64,000 bases of DNA from Eledone cirrhosa. Its lineage: Eukaryota. Of the stretch, positions 1 through 15,000 are shown piece after piece. Positions within the stretch are counted from its first letter, which is position 1. Every line of letters starts with the position of its first letter. The DNA lies in assembly GCA_964016885.1 (NCBI GenBank), contig OZ024754.1, positions 20,522,001-20,586,000 of the forward strand, read 5' to 3'. The translations under genes and the position numbers were made by a program. The notes under the pieces were generated by a model. It did no database searches. It had not been told where the DNA came from and was given only the letters and a program-made list of their open reading frames with translations.

Positions 1-3000
1 CTCCCTCCCATATTACCCTTGCTATTAACATAGACTTCCTCCCATATTACCCTTGGTATTAACATAGACTCCTCCCAGATTACCCTTGGTATTAACATAG
101 ACTCTCCCCATATTAGCCTTTGTATTAACATAGAGACTCCCTCCCATATTACCCTTGGTATTAACATAGACTCCCTCCCATATTACCCTTGGTATTAACA
201 TAGGGACTCCCTCACATATTACCCTTGGTATTAACATAGACTTCCTCCCATATTAGCCTTATTAACATAGGGACTCCCTCCAATATTACCCTTGGTATTA
301 ACATAGACACCCTCCCATATTACCCTTGGTATTAACATAGGGACTCCCTCCCATATTACCCTTGGTATTAACATAGACTCCCTCCCATATTACCCTTGGT
401 ATTAACATAGACTCCCTCCCATATTAGCCTTGGTATTAACATAGGGACTGCCTCCCATATTACCCTTGGTGTTAACATAGACACCCTCCCATATTACCCT
501 TGGTATTAACATAGGGACTCCCTCCCATACTACCCTGGGTATTAACATAGACTCCCTCACATATTACCCTTGGTATTAACATAGACACCCTCCCTTATTA
601 GCCTTGGTATTAACAGAGAGACTCCCTGCCATATTAACCTTGGTATTAACATAGAAACCCTCCCATATTATCCTTGGTATTACCATAGGGACTCCCTCCC
701 ATATTAGCCTTGGTATTAACATAGACTCCCTCCCATATTAGACCAGGTATTAACATAGACTCCCTCCCATATTAGACTTGGTATTAACATAGACTCCCTC
801 CCATATTACCTTTGGTATTAACATAGACTCCCTCCCATATTACCCTTGGTATTAACATAGACTCCTCCTATATTACCCTTGGTATTAACATAGACTCCCT
901 CCCATATTAGCCTTATTAACATAGGGACTCCCTCCCACATTACCCTTGGTATAAACATAGACTACCTCCCATATTACCCTTGGTATTAACATAGGGACTC
1001 CCTCCCATATTACCCTTGGTATTAACATAGAGACTCCCTCCCATATTAACCTTGGTATTAAAATAGAGACACCCTCTCATATTAACCTTGGTATTAACAT
1101 AGACTCCCTCCCATATTACCCTTGGTATTAACATAGACTCCCTCCCATATTACCCTTGGTATTAACATAGACTCCTCCCAGATTACCCTTGGTATTAACA
1201 TAGACTCCCCCCATATTAGCCTTTGTATTAACATAGAGACTCCCTCACATATTTCCCTTGGTATTAACATAGACTCCCTCAGAATATTACCCTTGGTATT
1301 AACATAGGGACTCCCTCACATATTACCCTTGGTATTAACATAGACTCCCTCCCATATTACCCTTGGTATTAACATAGGGACTCCCTCCATATTAGCTTTG
1401 GTATTAACATAGGGGCTCCCTCCCATATTAGACTTGGTATTAACATAGACTCCCTCCCATATTACCCTTGGTATTAACATAGGGACTCCCTCCCATATTA
1501 GACTTGGTATTAACATAGACACCCTCCCATATTACACTTGTTATTAACATAGACTCCCTCCCATATTACCCTGGGTATTAACATAGACTCCCTCCCATAT
1601 TACCCTTGGTATTAACATAGGGACGCCCTTCCATATTACCCTGGGTATTAACATAGACTCCCTCCCATATTAGCCTTATTAACATAGGGACTCCCTCCAA
1701 TATTACCCTTGGTATTAACATAGACACCCTCCCATATTACCCTTGGTATTAACATAGGGACTTCCTCCCATATTAGCCTTGGTATTAACATAGACTCCCT
1801 CCCATATTAGCCTTGGTATTAACATAGGGAGTGCCTCCCATATTACCCTTGGTATTAACATAGACTCCCTCCCATATTACCCTTGGTATTAACATAGGGA
1901 CGCCCTTCCATATTACCCTGGGTATTAATATAGACTCCCTCCCATATTAGCCTTATTAACATAGGGACTCCCTCCAATATTACCCTTGGTATTAACATAG
2001 ACACCCTCCCATATTACCCTTGGTATTAACATAGGGACTCCCTCCCATATTACCCTTGGTATTAACATAGACTCCCTCCCATATTACCCTTGGTATTAAC
2101 ATAGACTCCCTCCCATATTAGCCTTGGTATTAACATAGGGACTGCCTCCCATATTACCCTTGGTGTTAACATAGACTCCCTCCCATATTACCCTTGGTAT
2201 TAACATAGACTCCCTCCCATATTAGCCTTGGTATTAACATAGACTCCCTCCCATATTACCCTTGGTATTAACATAGACTCCCTCCCATATTAGCCTTGGT
2301 ATTAACATAGACTCCCTCCCATATTACCCTTGGTATTAACATAGACTCCCTCCCATATTAACCTTGGTATTAACATAGACTCCCTCCCATATTAACCTTG
2401 GTATTAACATAGACTCCCTCCCATATTACCCTTGGTATTAACATAGACTCCCTCCCATATTAGCCTTGGTATTAACATAGACTCCCTCCCATATTAACCT
2501 TGGTATTAACATAGACTCCCTCCCATATTAACCTTGGTATTAACATAGACTCCCTCCCATATTACCCTTGGTATTAACATAGACTCCCTCCCTTATTAGC
2601 CTTGGTATTAACATAGAGACTCCCTCCCATATTAACCTTGGTATTAACATAGAATTCCTCCCATACTACCCTTGGTATTAACATAGACTCCCTCTCATAT
2701 TACCCTTGGTATTAACATAGACTCGCTCCCATATTACCCTTGGTATTAACATAGACTCCCTCCCATATTACCCTTGGTATTAACATAGACTTCCTCCCAT
2801 ATTACCCTTGGTATTAACATAGACTCCCTCCTATATTACCCTTGGTATTAACATAGACTCCCTCCCATATTAGCTTTATTAACATAGGGACTCCCTCCCA
2901 TATTACCCTTGGTATTAACATAGACTCCCTGCCATATTACCCTTGGTATTAACATAGATCCCTCCCATATTACCTTTGGTATTAACATAGACTCCCTCCC

Positions 3001-6000
3001 ATATTACCCTTGGTATTAATATAGACTATCTCCCATATTACCCTTGGTATTAACATAGACTCCCTCCCATATTACCCTTAGTATTAACATAGGCACTCCC
3101 TCCCATATTAACCTTGGTATTAACATAGAGACACCCTCCCATATTAACCTTGGTATTAACATAGACTCCCTCCCATATTACCCTTGCTATTAACATAGAC
3201 TTCCTCCCATATTACCCTTGGTATTAACATAGACTCCTCCCAGATTACCCTTGGTATTAACATAGACTCTCCCCATATTAGCCTTTGTATTAACATAGAG
3301 ACTCCCTCCCATATTACCCTTGGTATTAACATAGACTCCCTCCCATATTACCCTTGGTATTAACATAGGGACTCCCTCACATATTACCCTTGGTATTAAC
3401 ATAGACTTCCTCCCATATTAGCCTTATTAACATAGGGACTCCCTCCAATATTACCCTTGGTATTAACATAGACACCCTCCCATATTACCCTTGGTATTAA
3501 CATAGGGACTCCCTCCCATATTACCCTTGGTATTAACATAGACTCCCTCCCATATTACCCTTGGTATTAACATAGACTCCCTCCCATATTAGCCTTGGTA
3601 TTAACATAGGGACTGCCTCCCATATTACCCTTGGTGTTAACATAGACACCCTCCCATATTACCCTTGGTATTAACATAGGGACTCCCTCCCATACTACCC
3701 TGGGTATTAACATAGACTCCCTCACATATTACCCTTGGTATTAACATAGACACCCTCCCTTATTAGCCTTGGTATTAACAGAGAGACTCCCTGCCATATT
3801 AACCTTGGTATTAACATAGAAACCCTCCCATATTATCCTTGGTATTACCATAGGGACTCCCTCCCATATTAGCCTTGGTATTAACATAGACTCCCTCCCA
3901 TATTAGACCAGGTATTAACATAGACTCCCTCCCATATTAGACTTGGTATTAACATAGACTCCCTCCCATATTAGACTTGGTATTAACATAGACTCCGTCC
4001 CATATTACCGTTGGTATTAACATAGGGACTCCCTCCCATATTAGCCTTGGTATTAACATAGAGACACCCTCCCATATTACCCTTGTTATTAACATAGACT
4101 CCCACCCATATTACCCTGGGTATTAACATAGGGACGCCCTTCCATATTACCCTGGGTATTAACATAGACTCCCTCCCATATTAGCCTTATTAACATAGGG
4201 ACTCCCTCCAATATTACCCATGGTATTAACATAGACAGCCTCACATATTACCCTTGGTATTAACATAGACTACCTCCCATGTTACCCTTGGTATTAACAT
4301 AGACTCCCTCCCATATTAGCCTTGGTATTAACATAGGGACTGCCTCCCATATTACCCTTGGTGTTAACATAGACTCCATCCCATATTACCCTTGGTATTA
4401 ACATAGACTCCCTCCCATATTAGCCTTGGTATTAACATAGGGACTGCCTCCCATATTACCCTTGGTGTTAACATAGACTCCATCCCATATTACCCTTGGT
4501 ATTAACATAGACTCCCTGCCATATTACCCTTGGAATTAACATAAACTCCCTCCCATATTACCCTTGGTATTAACATAGACTCCCTCCCATATTAGCCTTG
4601 GTATTAACATTGACTCCTCCCAGATTACCCTTGGTATTAACATAGGGACTCCCTCACATATTACCCTTGGTATTAACATAGACTCCCTCCCATATTACCC
4701 TTGGTATTAACATAGGGACTCCCTCACATATTACCCTTGGTATTAACATAGACTCCCTCCCATATTACCCTTGGTATTAACATAGGGACTCCCTCCCATA
4801 TTAGCTTTGGTATTAACATAGGGACTTGCTCCCATATTAGCCTTGGTATTAACATAGACTCCCTCCCATATTACCCTTGGTATTAACATAGACTCCCTCC
4901 CATATTACCCTTGGTATTAACATAGAGACTCCCTCCCATATTACCCTTGGTATTAACATAGACTCCCTCCCATATTACCCTTGGTATTAACATAGACTCC
5001 CTCCCATATTAGCCTTGGTATTAACATAGGGAATCCCTCCCATATTAGCGTTGGTATTAACATAGACTCCCTCCCATATTACCCTTGGTATTAACATAGA
5101 CTCCCTCCCATATTACCTTTGGTATTAACATAGACTCCCTCCCATATTACCCTTGGTATTAACATAGACTCCCTCCTATATTACCCTTGGTATTAACATA
5201 GACTCCCTCCCATATTAGCCTTATTAACATAGGGACTCCCTCCCACAATACCCTTGGTATTAACATAGACTACCTCCCATATTACCCTTGGTATTAACAT
5301 AGGGACTCCCTCCCATATTACCCTTGGTATTAACATAGAGATTCCCTCCCATATTAACCTTGGTATTAAAATAGAGACACCCTCTCATATTAACCTTGGT
5401 ATTAACATAGACTCCCTCCCATATTACCCTTGGTATTAACATAGACTCCCTCCCATATTACCCTTGGTATTAACATAGACTCCTCCCAGATTACCCTTGG
5501 TATTAACATAGACTCCCCCCATATTAGCCTTTCTATTAACATAGAGACTCCCTCACATATTACCCTTGGTATTAACATAGACTCCCTCAGAATATTACCC
5601 TTGGTATTAACATAGGGACTCCCTCACATATTACCCTTGGTATTAACATAGACTCCCTCCCATATTACCCTTGGTATTAACATAGGGACTCCCTCCATAT
5701 TAGCTTTGGTATTAACATAGGGGCTCCCTCCCATATTAGACTTGGTATTAACATAGACTCCCTCCCATATTAGCCTTGGTATTAACATAGGGACTCCCTC
5801 CCATATTAGACTTGGTATTAACATAGACACCCTCCCATATTACACTTGTTATTAACATAGACTCCCTCCCATATTACCCTTGGTATTAACATAGGGACGC
5901 CCTTCCATATTACCCTGGGTATTAACATAGACTCCCTCCCATATTAGCCTTATTAACATAGGGACTCCCTCCAATATTACCCTTGGTATTAACATAGACA

Positions 6001-9000
6001 CCCTCCCATATTACCCTTGGTATTAACATAGGGACTCCCTCCCATATTACCCTTGGTATTAACATAGACTCCCTCCCATATTAGCCTTGGTATTAACATA
6101 GGGACTGCCTCCAATATTACCCTTAGTATTAACATAGACTCCCTCCCATATTACCCTTGGTATTAACATAGGGACGCCCTTCAATATTACCCTGGGTATT
6201 AATATAGACTCCCTCCCATATTAGCCTTATTAACATAGGGACTCCCTCCAATATTACCCTAGGTATTAACATAGACACCCTCCCATATTACCCTTGGTAT
6301 TAACATAGGGACTCCCTCCCATATTACCCTTGGTATTAACATAGACTCCCTCCCATATTACCCTTGGTATTAACATAGACTCCCTCCCATATTAGCCTTG
6401 GTATTAACATAGGGACTGCCTCCCATATTACCCTTGGTGTTAACATAGACTCCCTCCCATATTACCCTTGGTATTAACATAGACTCCCTCCCATATTAGC
6501 CTTGGTATTAACATAGACTCCCTCCCATATTACCCTTGGTATTAACATAGACTCCCTCCCATATTAGCCTTGGTATTAACATAGACTCCCTCCCATATTA
6601 ACCTTGGTATTAACATAGACTCCCTCCCATATTACCCTTGGTATTAACATAGACTCCCTCCCATATTAACCTTGGTATTAACATAGACTCCCTCCCATAT
6701 TAACCTTGGTATTAACATAGACTCCCTCCCATATTACCCTTGGTATTAACATAGACTCCCTCCCATATTAACCTTGGTATTAACATAGACTCCCTCCCAT
6801 ATTAACCTTGGTATTAACATAGACTCCCTCCCATATTAACCTTGGTATTAACATAGACTCCCTCCCATATTAACCTTGGTATTAACATAGACTCCCTCCC
6901 ATATTACCCTAGGTATTAACATAGACTCCCTCCCATATTACCCTTGGTATTAACATAGGGACGCCCTTCCATATTACCCTGGGTATTAACATAGACTCCC
7001 TCCCATATTAGCCTTATTAACATAGGGACTCCCTCCAATATTACCCTTGGTATTAACATAGACACCCTCCCATATTACCCTTGGTATTAACATAGGGACT
7101 CCCTCCCATATTACCCTTGGTATTAACATAGACTCCCTCCCATATTAGCCTTGGTATTAACATAGGGACTGCCTCCCATATTACCCTTGGTATTAACATA
7201 GACTCCCTCCCATATTACCCTTGGTATTAACATAGGGACGCCCTTCCATATTACCCTGGGTATTAATATAGACTCCCTCCCATATTAGCCTTATTAACAT
7301 AGGGACTCCCTCCAATATTACCCTTGGTATTAACATAGACACCCTCCCATATTACCCTTGGTATTAACATAGGGACTCCCTCCCATATTACCCTTGGTAT
7401 TAACATAGACTCCCTCCCATATTACCCTAGGTATTAACATAGACTCCCTCCCATATTAGCCTTGGTATTAACATAGACTCCCTCCCATATTAACCTTGGT
7501 ATTAACATAGACTCCCTCCCATATTACCTTGGTATTAACATAGACTCCCTCCCATATTACCCTTGGTATTAACATAGACTCCCTCCCTTATTAGCCTTGG
7601 TATTAACATAGAGACTCCCTCCCATATTAACCTTGGTATTAACATAGAATCCCTCCCATACTACCCTTGGTATTAACATAGACTCCCTCTCATATTACCC
7701 TTGGTATTAACATAGACTCGCTCCCATGTTACCCTTGGTATTAACATAGACTCCCTCCCATATTACCCTTGGTATTAACATAGACTTCCTCCCATATTAC
7801 CCTTGGTATTAACATAGACTCCCTCCTATATTACCCTTGGTATTAACATATACTCCCTCCCATATTAGGTTTATTAACATAGGGACTCCCTCCCATATTA
7901 CCCTTGGTATTAACATAGACTCCCTGCCATATTACCCTTGGTATTAACATAGATCCCTCCCATATTACCTTTGGTATTAACATAGACTCCCTCCCATATT
8001 ACCCTTGGTATTAACATAGACTCCCTCCCATATTACCCTTAGTATTAACATAGGCACTCCCTCCCACATTAACCTTGGTATTAACATAGAGACACCCTCC
8101 CATATTAACCTTGGTATTAACATAGACTCCCTCCCATATTACCCTTGGTATTAACATAGACTTCCTCCCATATTACCCTTGGTATTAACATAGACTCCTC
8201 CCAGATTACCCTTGGTATTAACATAGACTCTCCCCATATTAGCCTTTGTATTAACATAGAGACTCCCTCCCATATTACCCTTGGTATTAACATAGACTCC
8301 CTCCCATATTACCCTTGGTATTAACATAGACTCCCTCCCATATTAGCCTTGGTATTAACATAGGGACTGCCTCCCATATTACCCTTGGTGTTAACATAGA
8401 CACCCTCCCATATTACCCTTGGTATTAACATAGGGACTCCCTCCCATACTACCCTGGGTATTAACATAGACTCTCTCACATATTACCCTTGGTATTAACA
8501 TAGACACCCTCCCTTATTAGCCTTGGTATTAACATAGAGACTCCCTGCCATATTAACCTTGGTATTAACATAGAAACCCTCCCATATTATCCTTGGTATT
8601 AACATAGGGACTCCCTCCCATATTAGCCTTGGTATTAACATAGACTCCCTCCCATATTAGACCAGGTATTAACATAGACTCCCTCCCATATTAGACTTGG
8701 TATTAACATAGACTCCCTCCCATATTAGACTTGGTATTAACATAGACTCCGTCCCATATTACCGTTGGTATTAACATAGAGACGCCGTCCCATATTACCC
8801 TTGGTATTAATATAGGGACTCCCTCCCATATTACCCTTGGTATTAACATAGGGACTCCCTCCCACATTACCCTTGGTATTAACATAGAGACTCCCTCCCA
8901 TATTACCCTTGGTATTAACATAGACTACCTCCCATATTACCCTTGGTATTAACATAGACTCCCTGCCATATTACCCTTGGTATTAATATAGAGATTCCCT

Positions 9001-12000
9001 CCCATATTAACCTTGGTATTAACATACAGACTCCCTCCCATATTAACCTTGGTATTAACATAGACTCCCTCCCATATTAGACTTAGTATTAACATAGACT
9101 CCCTCCCATATTACCCTTGGTATTAACATAGACTCCCTCCCATATTACCCTTGGTATTAATATAGAGACTGCCCGCTCCCCCATATTAGCCTTTGTATTA
9201 ACATAGAGACTCCCTCCCATATTACCCTTTATATTAACATAGGGACTCCTCACATATTACCCTTGGTATTAACATAGACTCCCTGCATATTACCCTTGGT
9301 ATTAACATAGGGACTCCCTCCCATATTAGCCTTGGTATTAACATAGACTCCCTCTCATATTAGCCTTGGTATTAACATAGACTCCCTCCCATATTACCCT
9401 TGGTATTAACATAGACTCCCTCCCATATTAGACTTGGTATTAACATAGGGACTCCCTCCCATATTACCCTGGGTATTAACATAGACTCCCTCCCATATTA
9501 CCCTGGGTATTAACATAGGGACTCGCTCCCATATTACCCTGGGTATTAACATAGACTCGCTCCCATATTAGCCTTATTAACATAGGGACTCCCTCCCATA
9601 TTACCCTTGGTATTAACATAGACACCCTCCCATATTACCCTTGGTATTAACATAGACTCCCTCCCATATTAGCCTTGGTATTAACATAGGGACTGCCTCC
9701 CATATTACCCTTGGTATTAACATAGACTCCCTCCCATATTACCCTTGGTATTAACATAGGGACTCCCTCTCATATTACCCTGGGTATTAACATAAACTCC
9801 CTCCCATATTATCCTTGGTATTAACATAGGGACTCTCTCCCATATTACCCTGGGTATTAACATAGACTCCCTCCCATATTACCCTTGCTATTAACATAGA
9901 GACTCCCTACCATAATACCCTTGGTATTAACATAGGGACTCCCTCCCAAATTACCCTTGGTATTAAAATAGGGACTCCCTCCCATATTAATCTTGGTATT
10001 AACATAGAGACTCCCTCACATATTAGCCTTGGTATTAACATAGACTCCCTCCCATATTACCCATGGAATTAACATCGACTCCCTCCCTTATTAGCCTTGG
10101 TATTAACATAGACTCCCTCCCATATTATCCTTGGTATTAACATAGGGACTCCCTCCCATATTACCCTTGCTACTAATATAGAGACTCCCTCCCATATTAC
10201 CCTTGGTATTAACATAGAGACTCCCTCCCATATTACCCTTGGTATTAACATAGGGACTCCCTCCCATATTACCCTTGGTATTAACATAGAGACTCCCTTC
10301 CATATTAACCTTGGTATTAACATAGATTCCCTCCCATATTACCCTTGGTATTAACATAGACTCCTCCCAGATTACCCTTGGTATTAACATAGGGACTCCC
10401 TCACATATTACCCTTGGTATTAACATAGACTCCCTCCCATATTACCCTTGGTATTAACATAGGGACTCCCTCACATATTACCCTTGGTATTAACATAGAC
10501 AGCCTCACATATTACCCTTGGTATTAACATAGAGACTCCCTCCCATATTACCCTTGGTATTAACATAGACTCCCTCCCATGTTACCCTTGGTATTAACAT
10601 AGACTCTCTCCCATATTAGCCTTGGTATTAACATAGGGACTGCCTCCCATATTACCCTTGGTGTTAACATAGACTCCATCCCATATTACCCTTGGTATTA
10701 ACATAGACTACCTCCCATATTACCCTTGGTATTAACATAGACTCCCTCCCATATTACCCTTGGTATTAACATAGGGACTCCCTCCCATATTAGCTTTGGT
10801 ATTAACATAGGGACTCCCTCCCATATTAGCCTTGGTATTAACATAGACTCCCTCCCATATTACCCTTGGTATTAACATAGACTCCCTCCCATATTACCCT
10901 TGGTATTAACATAGAGACTCCCTCCCATATTACCCTTGGTATTAACATAGACTCCCTCCCATATTACCCTTGGTATTAACATAGACTCCCTCCCATATTA
11001 CCCTTGGTATTAACATAGGGATTCCCTCCCATATTAGCCTTGTTATTAACATAGACTCCCTCCCATATTACCCTTGGTATTAACATAGGGAATCCCTCCC
11101 ATATTAGCCTTGGTATTAACATAGACTCCCTCCCATATTACCCTTGGTATTAACATAGACTCCCTCCCATATTACCTTTGGTATTAACATAGACTCCCTC
11201 CCATATTACCCTTGGTATTAACATAGACTCCCTCCTATATTACCCTTGGTATTAACATAGACTCCCTCCCATATTAGCCTTATTAACATAGGGACTCCCT
11301 CCCATATTACACTTGGTATTAACATAGACACCCTCCCATATTACCCTTGGTATTAACATAGGGACTCCCTCCCATATTAGCCTTGGTATTAACATAGACT
11401 CCCTCCCATATTACCCTTGGTATTAACATAGAGACTCCCTTCCATATTACCCTTGGTATTAACATAGACTACCTCCCATATTACCCTTGGTATTAACATA
11501 GGGACTCCCTCCCACATTACCTTTGGTATTAACATAGAGACTCCCTCTCATATTAACCTTGGTATTAACATAGACTCCCTCCCATATTACCCTTGGTATT
11601 AACATAGACTCCCTCCCATATTACCCTTGGTATTAACATAGACTCCTCCCAGATTACCCTTGGTATTAACATAGACTCCCCCCATATTAGCCTTTGTATT
11701 AACATAGAGACTCCCTCACGTATTACCCTTGGTATTAACATAGACTCCCTCAGAATATTACCCTTGGTATTAACATAGGGACTCCCTCACATATTACCCT
11801 TGGTATTAACATAGACTCCCTACCATATTACCCTTGGTATTAACATAGGGACTCCCTCCAAATTTAGACTTGGTATTAACATAGACACCCTCCCATATTA
11901 CACTTGTTATTAACATAGACTCCCTCCCATATTACCCTGGGTATTAACATAGACTCCCTCCCATATTACCCTTGGTATTAACATAGGGACTCCCCCCCAT

Positions 12001-15000
12001 ATTACCCTTGGTGTTAACATAGGCTCCCTCCCATATTACCCTTGATATTAACATAGACTCCCTCCCATATTACCCTTGGTATTAACATAGACGCCCTCCC
12101 ATATTACCCTTGGTATTAACATAGACTCACTCCCATATTAGCCTTGGTATTAATATAGAATCCCTCCCATATTACCTTTGGTATTAACATAGACTCCCTC
12201 CCTTATTAGCCTTGGTATTAACATAGAGACTCCCTCCCATATTAACCTTGGTATTAACATAGAATCCCTCCCATACTACCCTTGGTATTAACATAGACTC
12301 CCTCTCATATTACCCTTGGTATTAACATAGACTCGCTCCCATATTACCCTTGGTATTAACATAGACTCCCTCCTATATTACCCTTGGTATTAACATAGAC
12401 TCCCTCTCATATTACCCTTGGTATTAACATAGACTCCCTCCCATATTACCCTTGGTATTAACATAGACTTCCTCCCATATTACCCTTGGTATTAACATAG
12501 ACTCCCTCCTATATTAACCTTGGTATTAACATAGATTCCCTCCCATATTAGCTTTATTAACATAGGGACTCCCTCCCATATTACCCTTGGTATTAACATA
12601 GACTCCCTGCCATATTACCTTTGGTATTAACGTAGACTCCCTCCCATATTACCCTTGGTATTAACATAGACTCCCTCCTATATTACCCTTGGTATTAACA
12701 TAGACTCCCTCCCATATTAGCCTTATTAACATAGGGACTCACTCCCATATTACCCTTGGTATTAACATAGACTCCCTCCCATATTAGCCTTATTAACATA
12801 GGGACTCCCTCCCATATTAGCCTTGGTATTAACATAGACTCCCTCCTATATTACCCTTGCTATTAACATAGGGACTCCCTCCCATATTAGACTAGGTATT
12901 AACATAGACTCCATCCCATATTAGACTTGGTATTAACATAGACTCCGTCCCATATTACCCTTGGTATTAACATAGGGACTCCCTCCCATATTAGCTTTGG
13001 TATTAACATAGGGGCTCCCTCCCATATTAGACTTGGTATTAACATAGACTCCCTCCCATATTAGCCTTGGTATTAACATAGGGACTCCCTCCAAATTTAG
13101 ACTTGGTATTAACATAGACACCCTCCCATATTACACTTGTTATTAACATAGACTCCCTCCCATATTACCCTGGGTATTAACATAGACTCCCTCCCATATT
13201 ACCCTTGGTATTAACATAGGGACGCCCTTCCATATTACCCTGGGTATTAACATAGACTCCCTCCCATATTAGCCTTATTAACATAGGGACTCCCTCCAAT
13301 ATTACCCTTGGTATTAATATAGACACCCTCCCATATTACCCTTGGTATTAACATAGGGACTCCCTCCCATATTACCCTTGGTATTAACATAGACTCCCTC
13401 CCATATTACCCTTGGTATTAACATAGACTCCCTCCCATATTAGCCTTGGTATTAACATAGGGACTCCCTCCCATATTACCCTTGGTATTAACATAGACTC
13501 CCTCCCATATTACCCTTGGTATTAACATAGACTACGTTCCATATTACCCTTGGTATTAACATAGGCTCCCTCCCATATTACCCTTGATATTAACATAGAC
13601 TCCCTCCCATATTAGCCTTGGTATTAACATAGACTCCCTCCCATATTACCCTTGGTATTAACATAGACTCCCTCCCATATTAGCCTTGGTATTAACATAG
13701 ACTCCCTCCCATATTAACCTTGGTATTAAGATAGACTCCCTCCCATATTACCCTTGGTATTAACATAGACTCCCTCCCTTATTAGCCTTGGTATTAACAT
13801 AGAATCCCTCCCATACTACCCTTGGTATTAACATAGACTCCCTCTCATATTACCCTTGGTATTAACATAGACTCGCTCCCATATTACCCTTGGTATTAAC
13901 ATAGACTCCCTCCCATATTACCCTTGGTATTAACATAGAATCCCTCCCATACTACCCTTGGTATTAACATAGACTCCCTCCCATATTACCCTTGGTATTA
14001 ACATAGACTTCCTCCCACATTACCCTTGGTATTAACATAGACTCCCTCCTATATTACCCTTGGTATTAACATAGACTCCCTCCCATATTAGCTTTATTAA
14101 CATAGGGACTCCCTCCCATATTACCCTTGGTATTAACATAGACTCCCTGCCATATTACACTTGGTATTAACATAGATCCCTCCCATATTACCTTTGGTAT
14201 TAACATAGACTCCCTCCCATATTACCCTTGGTATTAACATAGACTCCCTCCTATATTACCCTTGGTATTAACATAGACTCCCTCCCATATTAGCCTTATT
14301 AACATAGGGACTCACTCCCATATTACCCTTGGTATTAACATAGACTCCCTCCTATATTACCCTTGGTATTAATATAGACTCCCTCCCATATTAGCCTTAT
14401 TAACATAGGGACTCCCTCCCATATTAGCCTTGGTATTAACATAGACTCCCTCCTATATTACCCTTGGTATTAACATAGGGACTCCCTCCCATATTAGACT
14501 AGGTATTAACATAGACTCCATCCCATATTAGACTTGGTATTAACATAGACTCCGTCCCATATTACCCTTGGTATTAACATAGAGACTCCGTCCCATATTA
14601 CCCTTGGTATTAACATAGGGACTCCCTCCCATATTACCCTTGCTATTAACATAGAGACTCCCTCCCATATTACCCTTGGTATTAACATAGAGACTCCCTC
14701 CCATATTACCCTTGGTATTAACATAGACTATCTCCCATATTACCCTTGGTATTAACATAGACTCCCTCCCATATTACCCTTAGTATTAACATAGGCACTC
14801 CCTCCCATATTAACCTTGGTATTAACATAGAGACTCCCTCCCATATTAACCTTGGTATTAACATAGAGACACCCTCCCATATTAACCTTGGTATTAACAT
14901 AGATTCCCTCCCATATTACCCTTGGTATTAACATAGACTTCCTCCCATATTACCCTTGGTATTAACATAGACTCCTCCCAGATTACCCTTGGTATTAACA

